A stretch of DNA of 64,000 nt from Balanoglossus misakiensis (GCA_040954595.2 CM082578.2:7053519-7117518), one strand, 5' to 3'; counted from the first letter of the stretch, positions 37,043 to 51,771 are shown. Notes: generated by a model from the letters alone, not told the origin. Numbers and translations: made by a program.

Positions 37043-40000
37043 TGAATTTTAGCCTGCAGCCAAACCCCTCTTCCAGACCAGCCATCGTAGCATGTCCCCA
37101 CATTGGTCATCTTGACCACCTGTGTGGAGAAGACCCTGTCTTGACCTAACTTTAAAAACCTACACCTGTGCAGGGCTAGTGTAAAGTAAAACTGTCTTAA
37201 TTTGAACGCCACTGGCGGTGGCAACTCACAGAGTTATCACTCGTGAAGGAATCGTACCGCAGTGGACAGGAACATGTACAGAAACGACATTATCATTATT
37301 TATGTACATGTATTACTCAGTGAATACCAGTAGGCCGGCCATGTCATGTAAGGTGGGGTGTGGCAGCCTTGAGAAAAAATGAAAACAATTTAGTGCTGTG
37401 TACTCCCTGCTGATCTTCCTTCGCAGAATCTCGTGAATTTTTAATATATATTCAATAATATATATTAGCAAGCACAGTTTAAGGAAAATATTTCTTTCTA
37501 AAAATGGAAATTTCTAAATTTATACACAGCACTGCCTGATCAATTTACATCTGATATTTAGTTTAATTTTTTCCTGTTCAGTGATAGCATTAACAATTTT
37601 ATTTAAAGTACTTATGTATATTGTAATATGAAAGCCTTGATCAATAATACGTTCATTTTCTGTGACAAAATTGACTATAGAATTACTTAGCATTAATTAT
37701 GATGATATTGATAGCTATGTGTACCTGTACCTGTGAAAACTAGGTTTGGCCTAAATTATAATTCAAAGATGTACACATTTTCTAAAGACTCAATTCTCCA
37801 TTTATTCTTGTTTAAAGTATTATGCTGTTAAACTTGACATGCCTGATGTCTTCGTGAATTGAAAAGAATTTTTTTCCAGTCAATTTGTTTTGTTGTGTAG
37901 TCTGTGGTGGTCAGTCTGTCCTTGCTACTTGTTGGGCCCCCCAGGGTTGTATTCAGCCCTTGAACAAGAATGAGATGTGAATAGAATACGAACAATCTGT
38001 GAACATTGAAGGCACCATGCACCATAGCAACACACCAGAGGTCTAAAAAGTCTCTGAATATTTCCCAGCCGAACAATGACAATAAAAATAGCCTTACCAG
38101 GTAAATCATATTTTTTGCCGTGCCCACTGGGTTTCATTACATCATATTTGTATTTATAGCTCAGCCTGTTGTTTGTTTTATTTGGCGTACAATGACTCAT
38201 TTGTTAGTCAGGTAAAAAAAAATTCATACTGCTTCAGTTTGGATTCAGTTTGTATGTCGTAATTCTTCACCCACTGTATTTGATGTATAATTGTATTTAT
38301 AGATATCATCCAACATTCTCAGCGTTATCAGGTACATCAGATCTCTTTTGTGCTCATGGCAAACGTTTTGGATTTATGTGGTAAAAACTAAACATAGTTT
38401 ATCAAAAAAAGATGCCAAAATATAAATCATTTAGATTTTGGCATCTTGTTTAAAATTTATTTTGAAATATACCGTGATGCGTTCATTTAACTGTACTGCA
38501 GATATTAAAGTAGTTGTTCAGCATCTGTTTATTCAGTTTGCTGAATTGACAACTGTGGGAGTAACGCACTCTCCGGGAATGTGGAATTTTAACCGGTGTC
38601 AACAAGATGGAAAAATAATTCATTATCCCTCTCACTCACCTTGTAAGGTTGTAATTAGATGATAATGATATGCTGATGACTTGCTGTATTTTTTCTTGTA
38701 CCGTGCTGCATTTATTTAGTTTTAAAGGCCATCGGCTTTTTTGTACGTGTATGCATGTCTGGCAGATTTCCAGTCTAGTAATGACAGCCCCCTCAAGGTA
38801 CGAATACCGATGTGATTCAGAAACATCCTTGGCTTGGCACATTGTGATCAGTTGAAAATAGCCCAGTTAATCAGTTTGATTTCTATACAATCTCTTCTAA
38901 CCTTTCTACTAAGACCTTCCGAGAGAGCTTTAGCTGTTTATTCTGATGAGTAATTTTATCAATAGTGTTAAACACGTCTACGGTAGATCAAATAGGAAAG
39001 GATAGGTCTAGACTGGTGTGAAATCAGGTGACAACCAAAGGTCCATTCTTCTGTAGTTATAAACAGGTGTCATGCATATCTGGGAGACATTGAGATTGTC
39101 CTACTGCTGTAAATTGGTGTCACATTTCCATTGCCTGATTAAAATATCTTAGTCTCATCCTGTTGAAATTGAAGTGCAAGAGGTGACTAAACTTCTGAGT
39201 TGACACTGGGTCGACCATGACAGTGAGGTTGAAATGTTTGACGTGCCTTCAGCCGACAGGATGCACGTAGTGTAAACAGTACAGTGTCGCGTAGGATGTG
39301 TGGACTTTGGAAGTCGGATGTAAGAGGCCATTGTTGAACGTTCAATGGATGTGTCGGAAGCTATTGTCTTCAACTTTCGGTCATTACAAGCGTATCGGGT
39401 CTAGTACCGCCTTCCTTATCAAAAGCGTTTGAGTAATCGTACTTTCCTGGCCAAAAATAGTCTGTGTAGGCTCAAATAGATTGTGAGTCAGGTCATCCTC
39501 TGAACTCAGACTGGTGTCCATGGCAACAGGTCCATTTCAAAAGATAAAGTTATCTCAAGAAAGCACAAAATACAAGTACACATGACTTTGTCAAATCCAG
39601 AGATCTCGAACATATAGTTTCAGAACACATTTGTTTTGATAATTTTGCAGTAAGACAAAAATACGTGAAAACCATTTTCATATCATTTGCTTTTGTCAAA
39701 TCAGGCGTCAATGAATTGAAACAGACTTGATATCGCCAATCCAAAACCAACAGAAGATTAGAAATGTACGTTCCAGTGTGCACCCAGTTAGAATACTGAT
39801 GAGAGCTACATGCAATTCATGGGAAACCATGGGAAAAGGGTGTTCAGGGTCGGAGGTCGTATCTTCTTATCTGGCAGTACAAGATTTATAGAACGTTCAT
39901 TGAGATTGCGGACAATGCTTTACGCCATCCATTCATGGTTCGAAAATGATAGTGTGGGTGGGTCACTCAGGGTGGGGTGGGGAGAAGTATGTTTTCCAGC

Positions 40001-43000
40001 CAGCCAGTCTTGCAGTAAACCAGATTCATGAATTTCAGATTGTTTGACACTCTTCAGGGGGTACAGCAGGCACAGTAGTTCAGAGTAGATTTTGATTTGG
40101 TGGTTTCAGCTGTTTTTCCGGGTAATAAGTTTCCTGTTTATGTGCGCCCGGTTTCATTTTACCAGCGAGGAATGTTCCCAGTTGTCCAGATGGTTGAAGT
40201 GAACCATGAACCGAAACGAACTCTTTGGGGGGGGGGGGGGGGGGGGGGAAACAGATTTTCTTTTTCTTTGTTTCACCAGAATGCCATAAACATGTAGATC
40301 ACGGATCGAGGTTGGTCAAGTTTGGCGTAAAATTTTGGTCGTGTTTCCAGTAAATAGCCGCAAGGAAAACATTGATCATTTCCACATGTGGCATAAAGTG
40401 ATGAGTGCAAGTCCCATATTTGATACTGTGTGACTCTCTGTCCATAATAGTGATAAGATTTCAATAGTAAAGCCAAAGAAGATACTTCAAATACCAAAGT
40501 CAGTATCAATATTACACATCAGTATTGTACATGTAATAGTCCACTCAGAGGGTAACATGAAGTGTTTGGTGGCCTAGTCTGGGCCAGGACACGAGTTGAA
40601 CATCACAGTGTTGACAGAGTACAATCTAATAATTCAAAGTAAATATTACAGTTTGCTGTGCGGTTGAATTTGCTTGAGTGGTGGTCAATTTTATGAAATT
40701 GAACAAAATTACAGCACTTCACGGATGTGATTGTGAAGACAAATAAGTACCTGGTATTTTTAATTAATTTCTGCAATCCAATATTTGCTCACCAATCTTG
40801 CAACATAATTTCACTGAAAGGAGATCCTGGTTCATTACCAGTTTTGTGTCAGTTTGAACATTTAATTAAGTCGCATGAGAAGGAATAGGTCTTTTGTGGA
40901 ATGATATATATAGATCACAGACTATTGCAGTGTACTATAGAAAATAAATGTAGGAATTAGTCATGTGATAGCAGTACAAACAAATACACGTGGATGAGTG
41001 TGTACATAGAAATATGCATATTCCTATGACCATGTAGTTCACATGGTTTTGTTTGTACTCAGGTGCATTCAAATTCCACGTTTCACCTTTTACCTGCAAG
41101 TGGAGGAATGAAATAGTGACTGATGGCTGGAAACAAACAGACATACTGCATGAGGTCTGTGCCGGCTATGTGATGAAACCCACACTTTGATATTCGACCT
41201 CAGTGACCTATTTCGGAGAGCAATTTTCATTTCCGTCCGGCTAAATATTAGTTGGCTTTTGAATGTAAACAACACAATACATGTAATTTTGGGCAAATTG
41301 GTCATAGGCTAATGTAACCTAAATAGTGATCAGCATCATTACTAAATGCATTATTATTTGGTGGATGTTCAGGTATTTCATGACCAGTATAAATTTGGCA
41401 TTACAAGATTGCAGATGAGGCCAGTTTTATTGATGTCTGTGTTTCTATCAGTGTACGGTAATACAACTGTTCATAGAGAAAGTCCAGTTTCTTTGATCTG
41501 AATAACAAACAGAATGTCATCCACGCACTCGTAACATCCTCGACTAATGCATTGTGGGTAATTTCAATTTTCATCAGACTTCGATAGCCGGAGGGCGCAT
41601 CCGCTGTTTTCTCAGGTAAATAACAAAGTCCTGTTTTTCTCCTAATCTATAAAGTTCAGCCTCGACCACTTTCATTAATTCAGAAATGAAAGTTGATGAT
41701 GATGTCAAATGTTAATATTTACTCTGATAATACCAATAGTGACTGGTGCATTAGAAACGCCGCTGAATCTATTTTGAGGTCAGTTGTCAGCTTTATTAGA
41801 TTACTCAATTATTATGTAACACTCCTTTTTCACTGTCAACCATTTACTATCAGTGATCAATAAAAAATAATGGTACCAGGTAATATATTTTGGCAAACAA
41901 TGGATAAAAGTCAAGTATGATTAGTGAAATGTGAAAAGGAAAAGCATTTCTATCTCTGGCAAATATGTTTGTAAAAGTTAATGTAACATTTGACTACCAG
42001 TAAATACAATGGTTGTTGTTAACAGTGCCGTGTGTAGGTGTTGTGAAAACATGTCAGCTTTTATAACCTTTGACTATACCAACTGGCAGTGGTACAAATG
42101 CAAGATATCTTTTTTCTATCATCTCAAATCTATCTGGTCCTTTTTCTTTTAAAATAATACATTTAAAAAGGGACTTTTGATGACTTGTTCTCGTGAAAAG
42201 GCAGCTTGAGCCCGTACATATTTTGTATTCACCATGTTCAGTGTACTTTCAACTTATTAAAGGTAGAATTTTCACTGTGGCTTGAACAAGCGGTCAACAC
42301 CAGTGTTCTGTTGATGTAAAGGCCAAGGTTGCACGGCACTGTGTTAGCATGATCTGGAAATAGTTTTTGCAGAGTACTTTTTTCCACTTTAATACCATGC
42401 AGTCTTTGAACTTCCCACTGGGGTTACCAAACCTTACCCAAATTAACCTTGCTGTAATGATAACTATGACCTCACAACCTAAATAACACCTCATAAAAGT
42501 AATTGCTCCAGGTCAACCCACCCCTGGTGCATATTTCACCACAGACGTATTTGGCTGTAATTTGTGTGGACCATGGAATGTCTTTTACCCATAGACCATT
42601 AACCTTACCCTGCCTTTAAGGTATCTGGGCCACCAGTTACACTGTAAAACTTGCAGTTGAAAGTTATTAAAAAAGAAGAGGATATGTTACAACTACATGT
42701 AGGCCTACCGCAGGTTCTATTGTTCTTTTTTCAGCCTACATGAACAGGACTCGTAAATCTTCATGTACAATATCGGAGGTGTCGACTAAGCGACCAAGCG
42801 AACAAAGTTGGGGGAGTGCAATTAGAACAGCACAATAGCTGAACTTTTAAGGGCCAATTAAGTTGAAGCCAGCAAGGTGCGAGTCAAAATAAACATGCCA
42901 TTGTTCGGATTTAAATGCCCATGATCTAGTGTACCAGGTTGGTGACAGCTAGATTTCATCGTCTGAATGGGGAGTAAAAACCAAACCATCAGCAAAACGT

Positions 43001-46000
43001 TGCATGGAAGACCTGCAGTTTTGATGCTGTATATTGAGTCCAATCAATGTGGTTGCATTGTACGTGAAGAGGGCATAGACTGTCTCTGATTGGATATTCA
43101 TGGCACACATTTGCCACTCGAGATGGGAAAAGAGTGGGAAAGTTCAGCAGGAATAAGATTCTGAAGCTTTTTGGCAGCTGTCGTTTTTATGGATGGGTGT
43201 TAGATTGCGGATTACATCATTAAAGTATCCTGTTTGCATATTTGAAATATCTCGTGCTGGAATCCAGGAAAATAGAGAACTAAAAATCATGAAATTCCCT
43301 TCCGCATATACATTGTAGTCTCGCATTAAAATCCTAGTCCCCAGCATGCATGCATATGCCGTGACAGCAGGAATGGGGAAAAGGAAAGAAAAAATGTACT
43401 TTGCTTGAATTTTTCTGCAGCTAGATATTACAAGATAAAATTGATCATAGGTCTATAATTTCTTGTATCACTTTTCTTATTGTCTGACTACTTGAGGGGC
43501 CATAGGCATGACATGCAAATATCTGTATTACATCAACCCCACCCCTATTAAATGACAGTTTGGAAGTGTGAAACTTGGACAAAAAATTATGCTTTTAAGT
43601 TTCCAGGAAAAACTGAACGGTATCAAAAAAGCTTAAGTCAAGCTTGAAGAATTTCTGAATTTGACTTTTCTGTGCATTCAATACATATGATGATATGGTA
43701 TCCTTAAATATAAGAAAAAGACTATCCCATGAACTTTTTCAGTGTTAGGATAAATAGCAGGAAATATGAAGAGTGTTAGGTGGTTGTCAGTTTCAGCTTT
43801 CGGATGAACAGAAAAAAGGTGAGGAAACAACTAGAAAATGGTTAGTAAACTAGATTTTGTAAGAGTTGTCTGCTATCAGTAACAAACACCCCATTCATAC
43901 CAGTGTCTCACAATAAACATTGGAAGTGCTTAATCGGAGTGAAAGTTGAAATGAGGCCAGAACTCTAGCAGCACTCATATGTTTCAGATTAGCTTGGCCT
44001 GAGAGTACAGTTCAAATGCATTAAAACGTTTAATGGTGGTCGGATACAGGCAGTTTAGCAGTAGTCAGTGGTGTAAATGAGCTCTGTTTGATATCCTATG
44101 TTCCGGTGCCTGTCAAAGTGCTGTGTTGGTTTAATGATCAAGATATTGCCAAACAGTACATGTGAATCGGCCAACTATTTTGCAATTTATATCAGTCTGA
44201 ATGCTTCATTTAGGAATTTATTTACACGTAGACCCTCACTGGAGCGACAGATTTACAGTACATGTACTGATGAGGGATTTGTCTCCTTGCGAGGGTTTTC
44301 TGATCTTTTCCCAATTCCATCGGAGTTGCAGCCATCTGAGGTGGGTAGGGAGGTACTCAAGTACAGTAATGGAACCTGACCTTTTGTTTTATACAATGAT
44401 GTAACTTGTAAGTGAATTTAGGAGCACAGGGAAAGTTCTGAATAATACATGATTGAAACACTTGTTGGGGGTAAAATGTCATATTTTTTTGTCATCTCTC
44501 ATTCTGAATGGTCTTTGCTCTTAATGTGTGTCGCGGTTTTATGGAGCGATAGGTCAAAGTAACATGATTATGAAGTTCCAGGAAAATGGCAAGCTACAAT
44601 AACACAATATCTGTTTATTAATCAAATTCACTGCAAGATAGTGCCTCCTTTTCAAATTGAACTCTACTACTCAGTTTGTGGTCTCGGCTACAATGCGTTC
44701 TTTGAGAGACTCTTTGACAGTAAATGCCCACTTCACGAACATGGAACGTGCATTACTCTTCACCAAATTTCCCAGCCACATCCCATCATTATCTTACCCT
44801 GTGGCGTTCAGACTGAGACAAGCGGTGCCATTACCTGAGCAAAAAGGCATCCAGGATAGTGTCCCATTACAAATAGTGTGTGTGGGATGGATAGGGGCTC
44901 ATTATCACTCAGAGCAAATAGTGTGCAAGGTAGCGTACCATCACCCCACCCAAGCAGTTCCTTTGAAGATGTCGTTGGGAACAGGGGTCTATTCAACTGA
45001 CTGGCCAAAGTCACTGTCCTTTAGACATTACTCAGGGTGACAGTTGTATTTTTGGGGGTTAATTTCATGAACTATATGCAAAATTTTCAGTCGTTAGAGT
45101 TTAGTTTGAATAGGCATAATTTCAGTGACTAGTCGCATGGTTTTCTGATACATACAATAAATTGTCATCCAGATGTTTGCATGTGACAAGAGACTTCTAC
45201 AAACTTAGGTGAGCGTAACTCTGTCAGGTTTTTTAACCAACCATGTTAACCTCCCATATGAGCAGAAGATGATCAAGTCAGAAGATATCAACCGCGTCTG
45301 TCTTTTTCCGAATGTTAGCGTACGCTGGTAATTTATTGCTAGGGGTGTCCAGCTGCCCACACGCAGACCCACCTACCATATTAGGTCATGGCACTGCAGT
45401 GGTCAAACAATCGCTACATTGTGTGTGGGTGTGTGCGTCCAAAACCGCTGAACATTGTGTGCCTGAATCGCGGACAGGTCCCGCTGATTATTCCGGCGTG
45501 TATTTTTTACGGTGTCTGACAGAACACCAGGGTTTGCTTATGTGATATTTGGGTGCTGTATTGTGCGGACAACTGAAAGGGTTCCCTTGTTTAATCCGAG
45601 GTGCCGGCGATGATGTTACATCCAGCTATTGTGAAATCTGACATTTGTGAAATCTCCGAGGACCAGCTGTGAACTTTTGCCGGGATTCTGTGGTACAGAA
45701 ATTGCTGGGTTGGCATGTTTTGAAACAACTGACAGTTGTGCAGTAGTGTTCTGAAGTTGAAGGTAAGGTAAAGCACATGATTGCATCAACATTTACCAAG
45801 GGTGTAAACTTGTGGTCATATCCTTGACATGGTTTCTTTTAAGGTTTCTGTGTTTGTCGGATTTTGTTTATTTTTCTACCAGAAAGGTTCTCTTCAACCT
45901 CATCATCATGTTTATTTTGAACGGGTTTCTGTGAGATTTTTTATGTGGCTCTGTCAGGACATGGTATGTGGCTACTGTTGTAATTTGTGCATTTTCCCAG

Positions 46001-48830
46001 GCTGAATTTCCCATGGTGTGGTGTACCCCAACAGATGTGATCTTGAAAATGACCTACTTGAAAAATTTTACAATGAAATTGTAAGGGGCATCTGTCATCA
46101 GAACTTGAAATGAACGTGAGAAAGAGATTTTTTTTAAAAATTGACAAGCCCTTCTCTTATCATATATTGGTTAGTCCTATCAAGCCAATATGCGGAGACT
46201 TGGCTAACATACTTGGCTTATCTTTGTAGACGAAGCAATATATTTTGTTGAAGTGGTCTGAAATCTAAGACCACATGTTGTATCACTATGGTATAGTCAG
46301 TCGACTTTTCACTTGGATGCGTACTGCATGGGCTTTTAACCAGACTTTGAAGACGTGCTTGGTGAAATCAATTTCTGTGTCACGGCAAATGGAAAACAGT
46401 GCGGCCTAAAAAGACATACCACTTGAGATTCTGTTACCATGGTTACCTAAGACTGTTACCAAGCAGTCACCGTGTGTGCTTTCATAATGGGACACACTCG
46501 CCACATTAATATCACTGAATGACGAAATTATATGCTTTCGTATGAAATGAATGTTGAAAATTTAATACTATTGTCCTAAATTTCTTCAACCATGGAACAG
46601 TCACCCTGACTTGATTTATCTTTGAAATTGATACAACGACGTCATTTTTATCACCGCATTTGAATGTTTCCGTCTGTAAGTAACAGACTTGAAACACATC
46701 CTGTAAAGTACTCAGATATTTTAGACTTGCATATTCTTTTTGTATGTGTCTTTTCATTCAAGCAACCCCCCTGTATTTATTATAGTCAAAACAACATTCA
46801 GTGGTGATGCAAGACTGATAATGCATTCTACTATCAGACCGTACCATAGTTGCCTAAAATTTAATTTAATGGCTGACCAGTTAATGCTTTGTGGTGGGTT
46901 TCTAAACTTGTCATGATGGCCAAAAAACCTGTTTCGTATAAATCCCCCAAGTATTTCAGTGTCACATCAGATCAACAATATAAACCTGAGTGAACATGAA
47001 TAAATCTTGAAACATGTTCTTATAGTTTAAGTTGGGCTGTGGACAGCTATAAAATTCAATATTCTTGTATAGGAGTACTGTGGGGATGTGGTCTTGCCCA
47101 GTTTAGGACCAGAAGGGTCAAACTATACCAGACACCCCTTGTTGCGCTTTGTTTGGTAAAAGTCTTACAGAGAGGACAGTGGGGTCAGAAACACTGAGAA
47201 TGTTGACAGGTATAAAGAATGGCTTATTCATGCACGGTGGGCACATTCGATTGAGCGTATGATACTGATTTATGTTATGTCCATTTTATTAAGGTCTGTG
47301 TGTCTACTCTTCAACATCCTAGGGTTCGTTGACATCGTTTATCGCTGTTCTGTTTGAGCTGCTGCAATGTGAAAGGCTGTAGGTATTGATTACTTTAGTG
47401 CCCATGTAGAGATGAGTGCATTTGGATGGGAAACCCTATACAGAGGAAATGGTCTGGAAGCCAGTATTAATAGCTGGAGGAAATATGTTGTTTTAGGGTT
47501 TTAACTCAAGTAGTGAGTTCATCTTCATAATGATGATGCAATTCGAACTGGGAGAAACTTGGTCACCCCGGGCCTGTAAATGTCTATCAGTGTCAGACCT
47601 TAAAAAATGACTTCGAGTTCTACATGACTGACAAGACCACTGTCGTGAAGATCAGCCAAAGATGATGTTGAGACTACTCTTTCAAAATGGTGTGAATCAT
47701 TCGTTGTGTAATTTACGTAATTTTTTTGGCTTGACTTTAGTTCTGGGTGGTTGCAATGAAGCGGTGTGTCTTGGGAAATTCCCTTCTCTGTAGTAGCGTG
47801 GTCAGAATTGATGTCGAGGTCAAAGGGTATCTGGTTCAAACGGGGCAAGTCAATAGTAGTCCTGCCATGACACCGGTGTTTTTCAAGCTTTGAGGGGTGA
47901 GAGGTCACAGGGTTGTGGCTTGGTTGATCTGTGTGGGTGATGGTCAGTCAAATGGCTTCAAGCATACACATGTACTTGTCTTCTCTAATATTAGCGCGCA
48001 GATAGCTCATTATTTGACAATAATTTACAACTGTCTTGTAAAAGGTGTAAGGACCACGAAGTTACTTCGACTAAGCTTTAGGTCATCTTTGTTATGTTAT
48101 TTGGTGTTAAACAATATGCTATTAATGGAAAGCTTATTCCAGACACAGTATCAGGCATGCAGCAAGCAATAAGACTGAGGATTTTCCCACAAAGTCATAT
48201 GTCTTATGTTAATCCCGTTCACATAGTTTACAGTATTAATTGCAATCAAAGTGGGTAATCTCCTCTTTAACTTTGTTTTGAATTCAGCATTATGGTATTG
48301 TATTCTGTCAAGTTGAATTGATGCAGGGAAGAAAGATAGCCCATGAGGTCAGTTTAGCATTCCAGGACTGTCTCTTGTGGTAATCCAACCTTGGATGTTA
48401 GCTGTCATGTACATGTATGTACTCTATCATCGTGATTGCTTTTGAGAGGAAGTTTTATGTGATTTGTTTGTTGTTCGTAGGACGAAGATTTTAATTAAAG
48501 TTGGCTGATTACACGTAACTCCCAGACTTGGTTCAAAACTCTTGTCTATTGCTATTTCCGTTTCCAATAGCGATATATTAACAGATAGATCTATTGTGAA
48601 GCTTGCAGGTAAGTGAAGGGAATAAATAAGAACAAATATGACAGGTAGTCCATGGGCCAGACAGGAATTTGGTATCAGAAAGATGGACAAAGCCTCATGT
48701 GGTTTTTTGGAAAGGCCTATATCTCTAGATTATGAATTGGGGTGATAGCCCTGCCTATCGAGTAGCTTTCTGCATTTTTTCCCTCAAAAACTAATATAAG
48801 AACATAAAAATTTCCGACCCAAATTTTGGG

Positions 48831-49915
48831 GGTAGGGGAACTTTAAATTGCTGTAACTCCAGCAAAACTAAAGCCAGAACAGTCATTTACCACTCAAATT
48901 GTGTGTTTTTTAGAACTCTACCAATATAATATATTTTGGTGGTAATTCGTTTTGAATTGAGGTCAGTAGAGGTCAAAAGGTCATGAAATTTGGGTCATTC
49001 TGAAAATGTGTAGTATGACTATTTCTTGAACAATTTTTTTGAACTTAAGTCTTCAAATGTCATTTACAAGATAAAATACTCTCCCAGAATCTATTTCAAA
49101 CCAATAGAAAACCTTATTATTCATTTATGACGAGAAAAACACAAATAAAGAGAAACGACAGAAAGACATCCAATTTTCCACTCAGATTTAAGGGTAGGGG
49201 AAACTTAAGTTCTTGTAACTCCAGCAAAAATAAACCCAGAACAGTCATCTACCACTCAAATTGTGTGTTTTTTAGAACTCTGCCAATATAATATATTTTG
49301 GTGGTAATTCGTTTTGAATTGAGGTCAATAGAGGTCAAAAGGTCATGAAATTTGGGTCATTCTGAACATTTGTAGTATGACTATTTCTTGAACGATTTTT
49401 TTGAACTTAAGTCTTTAAATGTCATTTAGAAGATAAAATACTCTCCCAGAATCTATTTCAAACCAATAAAAAACCCTATTATTCAATTACGATCAGAAAA
49501 ACACAAATACAGAGATACGGAAGAATGGCACAAGACTTCAGACCCTGATATTGGGGTAGGGGAAACTTAAGTAGTTGTAACTCCGGCAAAAATAAAGCCA
49601 GAACTGTCATCTACCTCTCAAATTGTGTGTTTTTTTAGCACTCTAGCGATTGTATATGTATTTGTTGCAATTTTGTTCTGAATTTAGGTCAAAGAGGTCA
49701 AAAGATCACAAGATTTGGGTAATTTCGAAATTTTATGGTACGAACATTTCCCGCATTAATTGTTTAAACCCAAGTCTTCAAATGTCATTTATGAGATAAA
49801 ATACTCTATACCATTTTTTTCCGGACCAATTGAAGACCTTATTATTCAATTAAAATAAGAAAAAAAATTAGTAGAGAAACTGGATAATGACAAACAATTC
49901 CCACGGATTTTGGGG
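48831..49915 (+). repeat. Subterminal tandem repeat, 3 x ~361 bp, left arm
   Basis: Units begin GGTAGGGGAA(A)CTT at 48831, 49193 and 49555, with a next partial start at 49914. Confidence 0.9.
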
Positions 49916-50238
49916 TAGGTTTGGCCATCTAACAGGTAAGTATACACCCAACTGATCATGCACATATGGTGTTTAGGAGAACGGATGTGCAGATTTGTGA
50001 ACCTTTGCATGCTGCTCATGTGCACTGTACTTGTATGATGATTCCTAACAATACTACGAGAAGGGGCCATTATAGCATTGTAGCTCTGATTGTGTATTAT
50101 TGTTGGATACCATCCTACAGTGTACAGGCACAGCAGATGACAAGCCAAGCAAAGGTTAAAAAATCTGCTTATTTTTTTTTCCTCAACACAATATGAGCAT
50201 GATCTATTTATATTCAGGTCCACTATAATAAATAAAAA

Positions 50239-51194
50239 ATGGCAAACCCATCTTCTATTCCACACAAGAGGGCTCGACGGGATTGTTTTCTCGACTGTCA
50301 TGAATCCGACCATAAAGCAAGCCTCGTCACTCTACAAGATCACGCCTTCTGGATAACTTTGCTGAATACAGCTAACATACAAAAATACAAACCAATTCAG
50401 GACCTCGCCATTGGTTTGGGCGAAGGTGAAATTCCTCAGGTGCAGTGCCATCGGAAATGCCGAAGTCTCTTTACGATGAAAAAGGCTCTTGAATCTATCC
50501 TTTCTAAAGAGCAGTCGTCATCAACTGAGGGAACCAATACACTGGAACGTGAAAAGAGGTCGAGCATACAAGGGTCTCGGGTGTACGATCATATTTGCAT
50601 ATTTTGCTCCACCACCAAGTACATGAAGGGAAGTAGGACAAGAGCTCCTTTAGTTCGTTGTCAGCAATTGCGTACGGACAACACATTTAGGGAGGCAGCA
50701 ACAAGAAAAAATGACAGTAAAATTCGTGCACTTCTCAGTCGTGAGTTGGTTGCTGCTGAGGGTCACTATCATAGAGCAGGTTCAAGTCATATGGAGGTTG
50801 ATGAAAGTCAACATGATCAAGATACTAGTTATGAGGATGTCCTGCAAATTGCTCAAGAAGAGTTATTTTCTTTTATCAGAAATGATTTGTTCACAAACCC
50901 TGAGGTAGTTCCCCTGACTGATCTATCAAACAAGTTAGTTACCAAAATGCTCCAACTTGGTGTTAAACAGGTTAACAATTCCACCAACAAAACTTGCAGC
51001 ATACGCTAAATACGGAATTCAAAGGGACATTGATTTTTTTGGATGATGTAAATGGTAGGGTGCTTGTATATCCGTCATCACTAGATAAAGGTACTGTTGA
51101 CCTGAAGTACAATGCTGTAAGAAAAGAACTTCTTGCAGCAGAAAAACAATCACATGAAAGTATCATCACCACATCTGCTCTAATCCTGCTTACG
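50239..51194 (+). pseudogene. Truncated, frameshifted transposase N-terminal region, left arm plus spacer
   Basis: ORF 50239-51009 with Cys/His motifs (C..C..., CHRKCRSLF, CIFC, ELVAAEGHYHR) continuing after a frameshift into ORF 50994-51239; no catalytic domain visible. Confidence 0.7.
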
Positions 51195-51771
51195 CTGCTT
51201 GAATATCAGGCCTTGTATAGTCCCTATAACACTTTCTAAGATAGTGACCCTCAGCAGCAACCAACTCACAACTGAGAAATGCACGAATTTTACTGTCATT
51301 TTTTCTTGTTGCTGCCTCCCTTAATGTGTTGTCCGCACGCAATTGCTGACAACGAACTAAAGGAGCTCTTGTCCTACTTCCCTTCATGTACTTGGTGGTG
51401 GAGCAAAATAGGCAAATATGATCGTACACCCGAGACCCTTGTATGCTCGACCTCTTTTCACGTTCCAGTGTATTGGTTCCCTCAGTTGATGACGACTGCT
51501 CTTTAGAAAGGATAGATTCAAGAGCCTTTTTCATCGTAAAGAGACTTCGGCATTTCCGATGGTACTGCACCTGAGGAATTTCACCTTCGCCCAAACCAAT
51601 GGCGAGGTCCTGAATTGGTTTGTATTTTTGTATGTTAGCTGTATTCAGCAAAGTTATCCAGGAGGCGTGATCTTGTAGAGTAACGAGGCTTGCTTTATGG
51701 TCGGATTCATGACAGTCGAGAAAACAATCCCGTCGAGCCCTCTTGTGTGGAATAGAAGATGGGCTTGCCAT
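51190..51771 (-). pseudogene. Second, inverted truncated copy of the transposase N-terminus, right arm
   Basis: 193 aa ORF, same as the left copy apart from about 9 substitutions; retains ELVAAEGHYLRKCYRDYTR; stops at the arm junction. Confidence 0.7.

Noticed and set aside
40227-40248. Poly-G and poly-C runs (also ~12574, ~22083, ~31190)
   Set aside because: Simple homopolymers; no evidence of function beyond generic G-quadruplex potential.
47600-47908. 102 aa minus-strand ORF, and similar short ORFs across 32-64 kb
   Set aside because: No recognisable motifs and no consistent splice phases; expected by chance.
48831-49915. Regularly spaced repeats as a CRISPR-like array
   Set aside because: Whole ~361 bp units repeat with no unique spacers; eukaryotic context and no cas genes.
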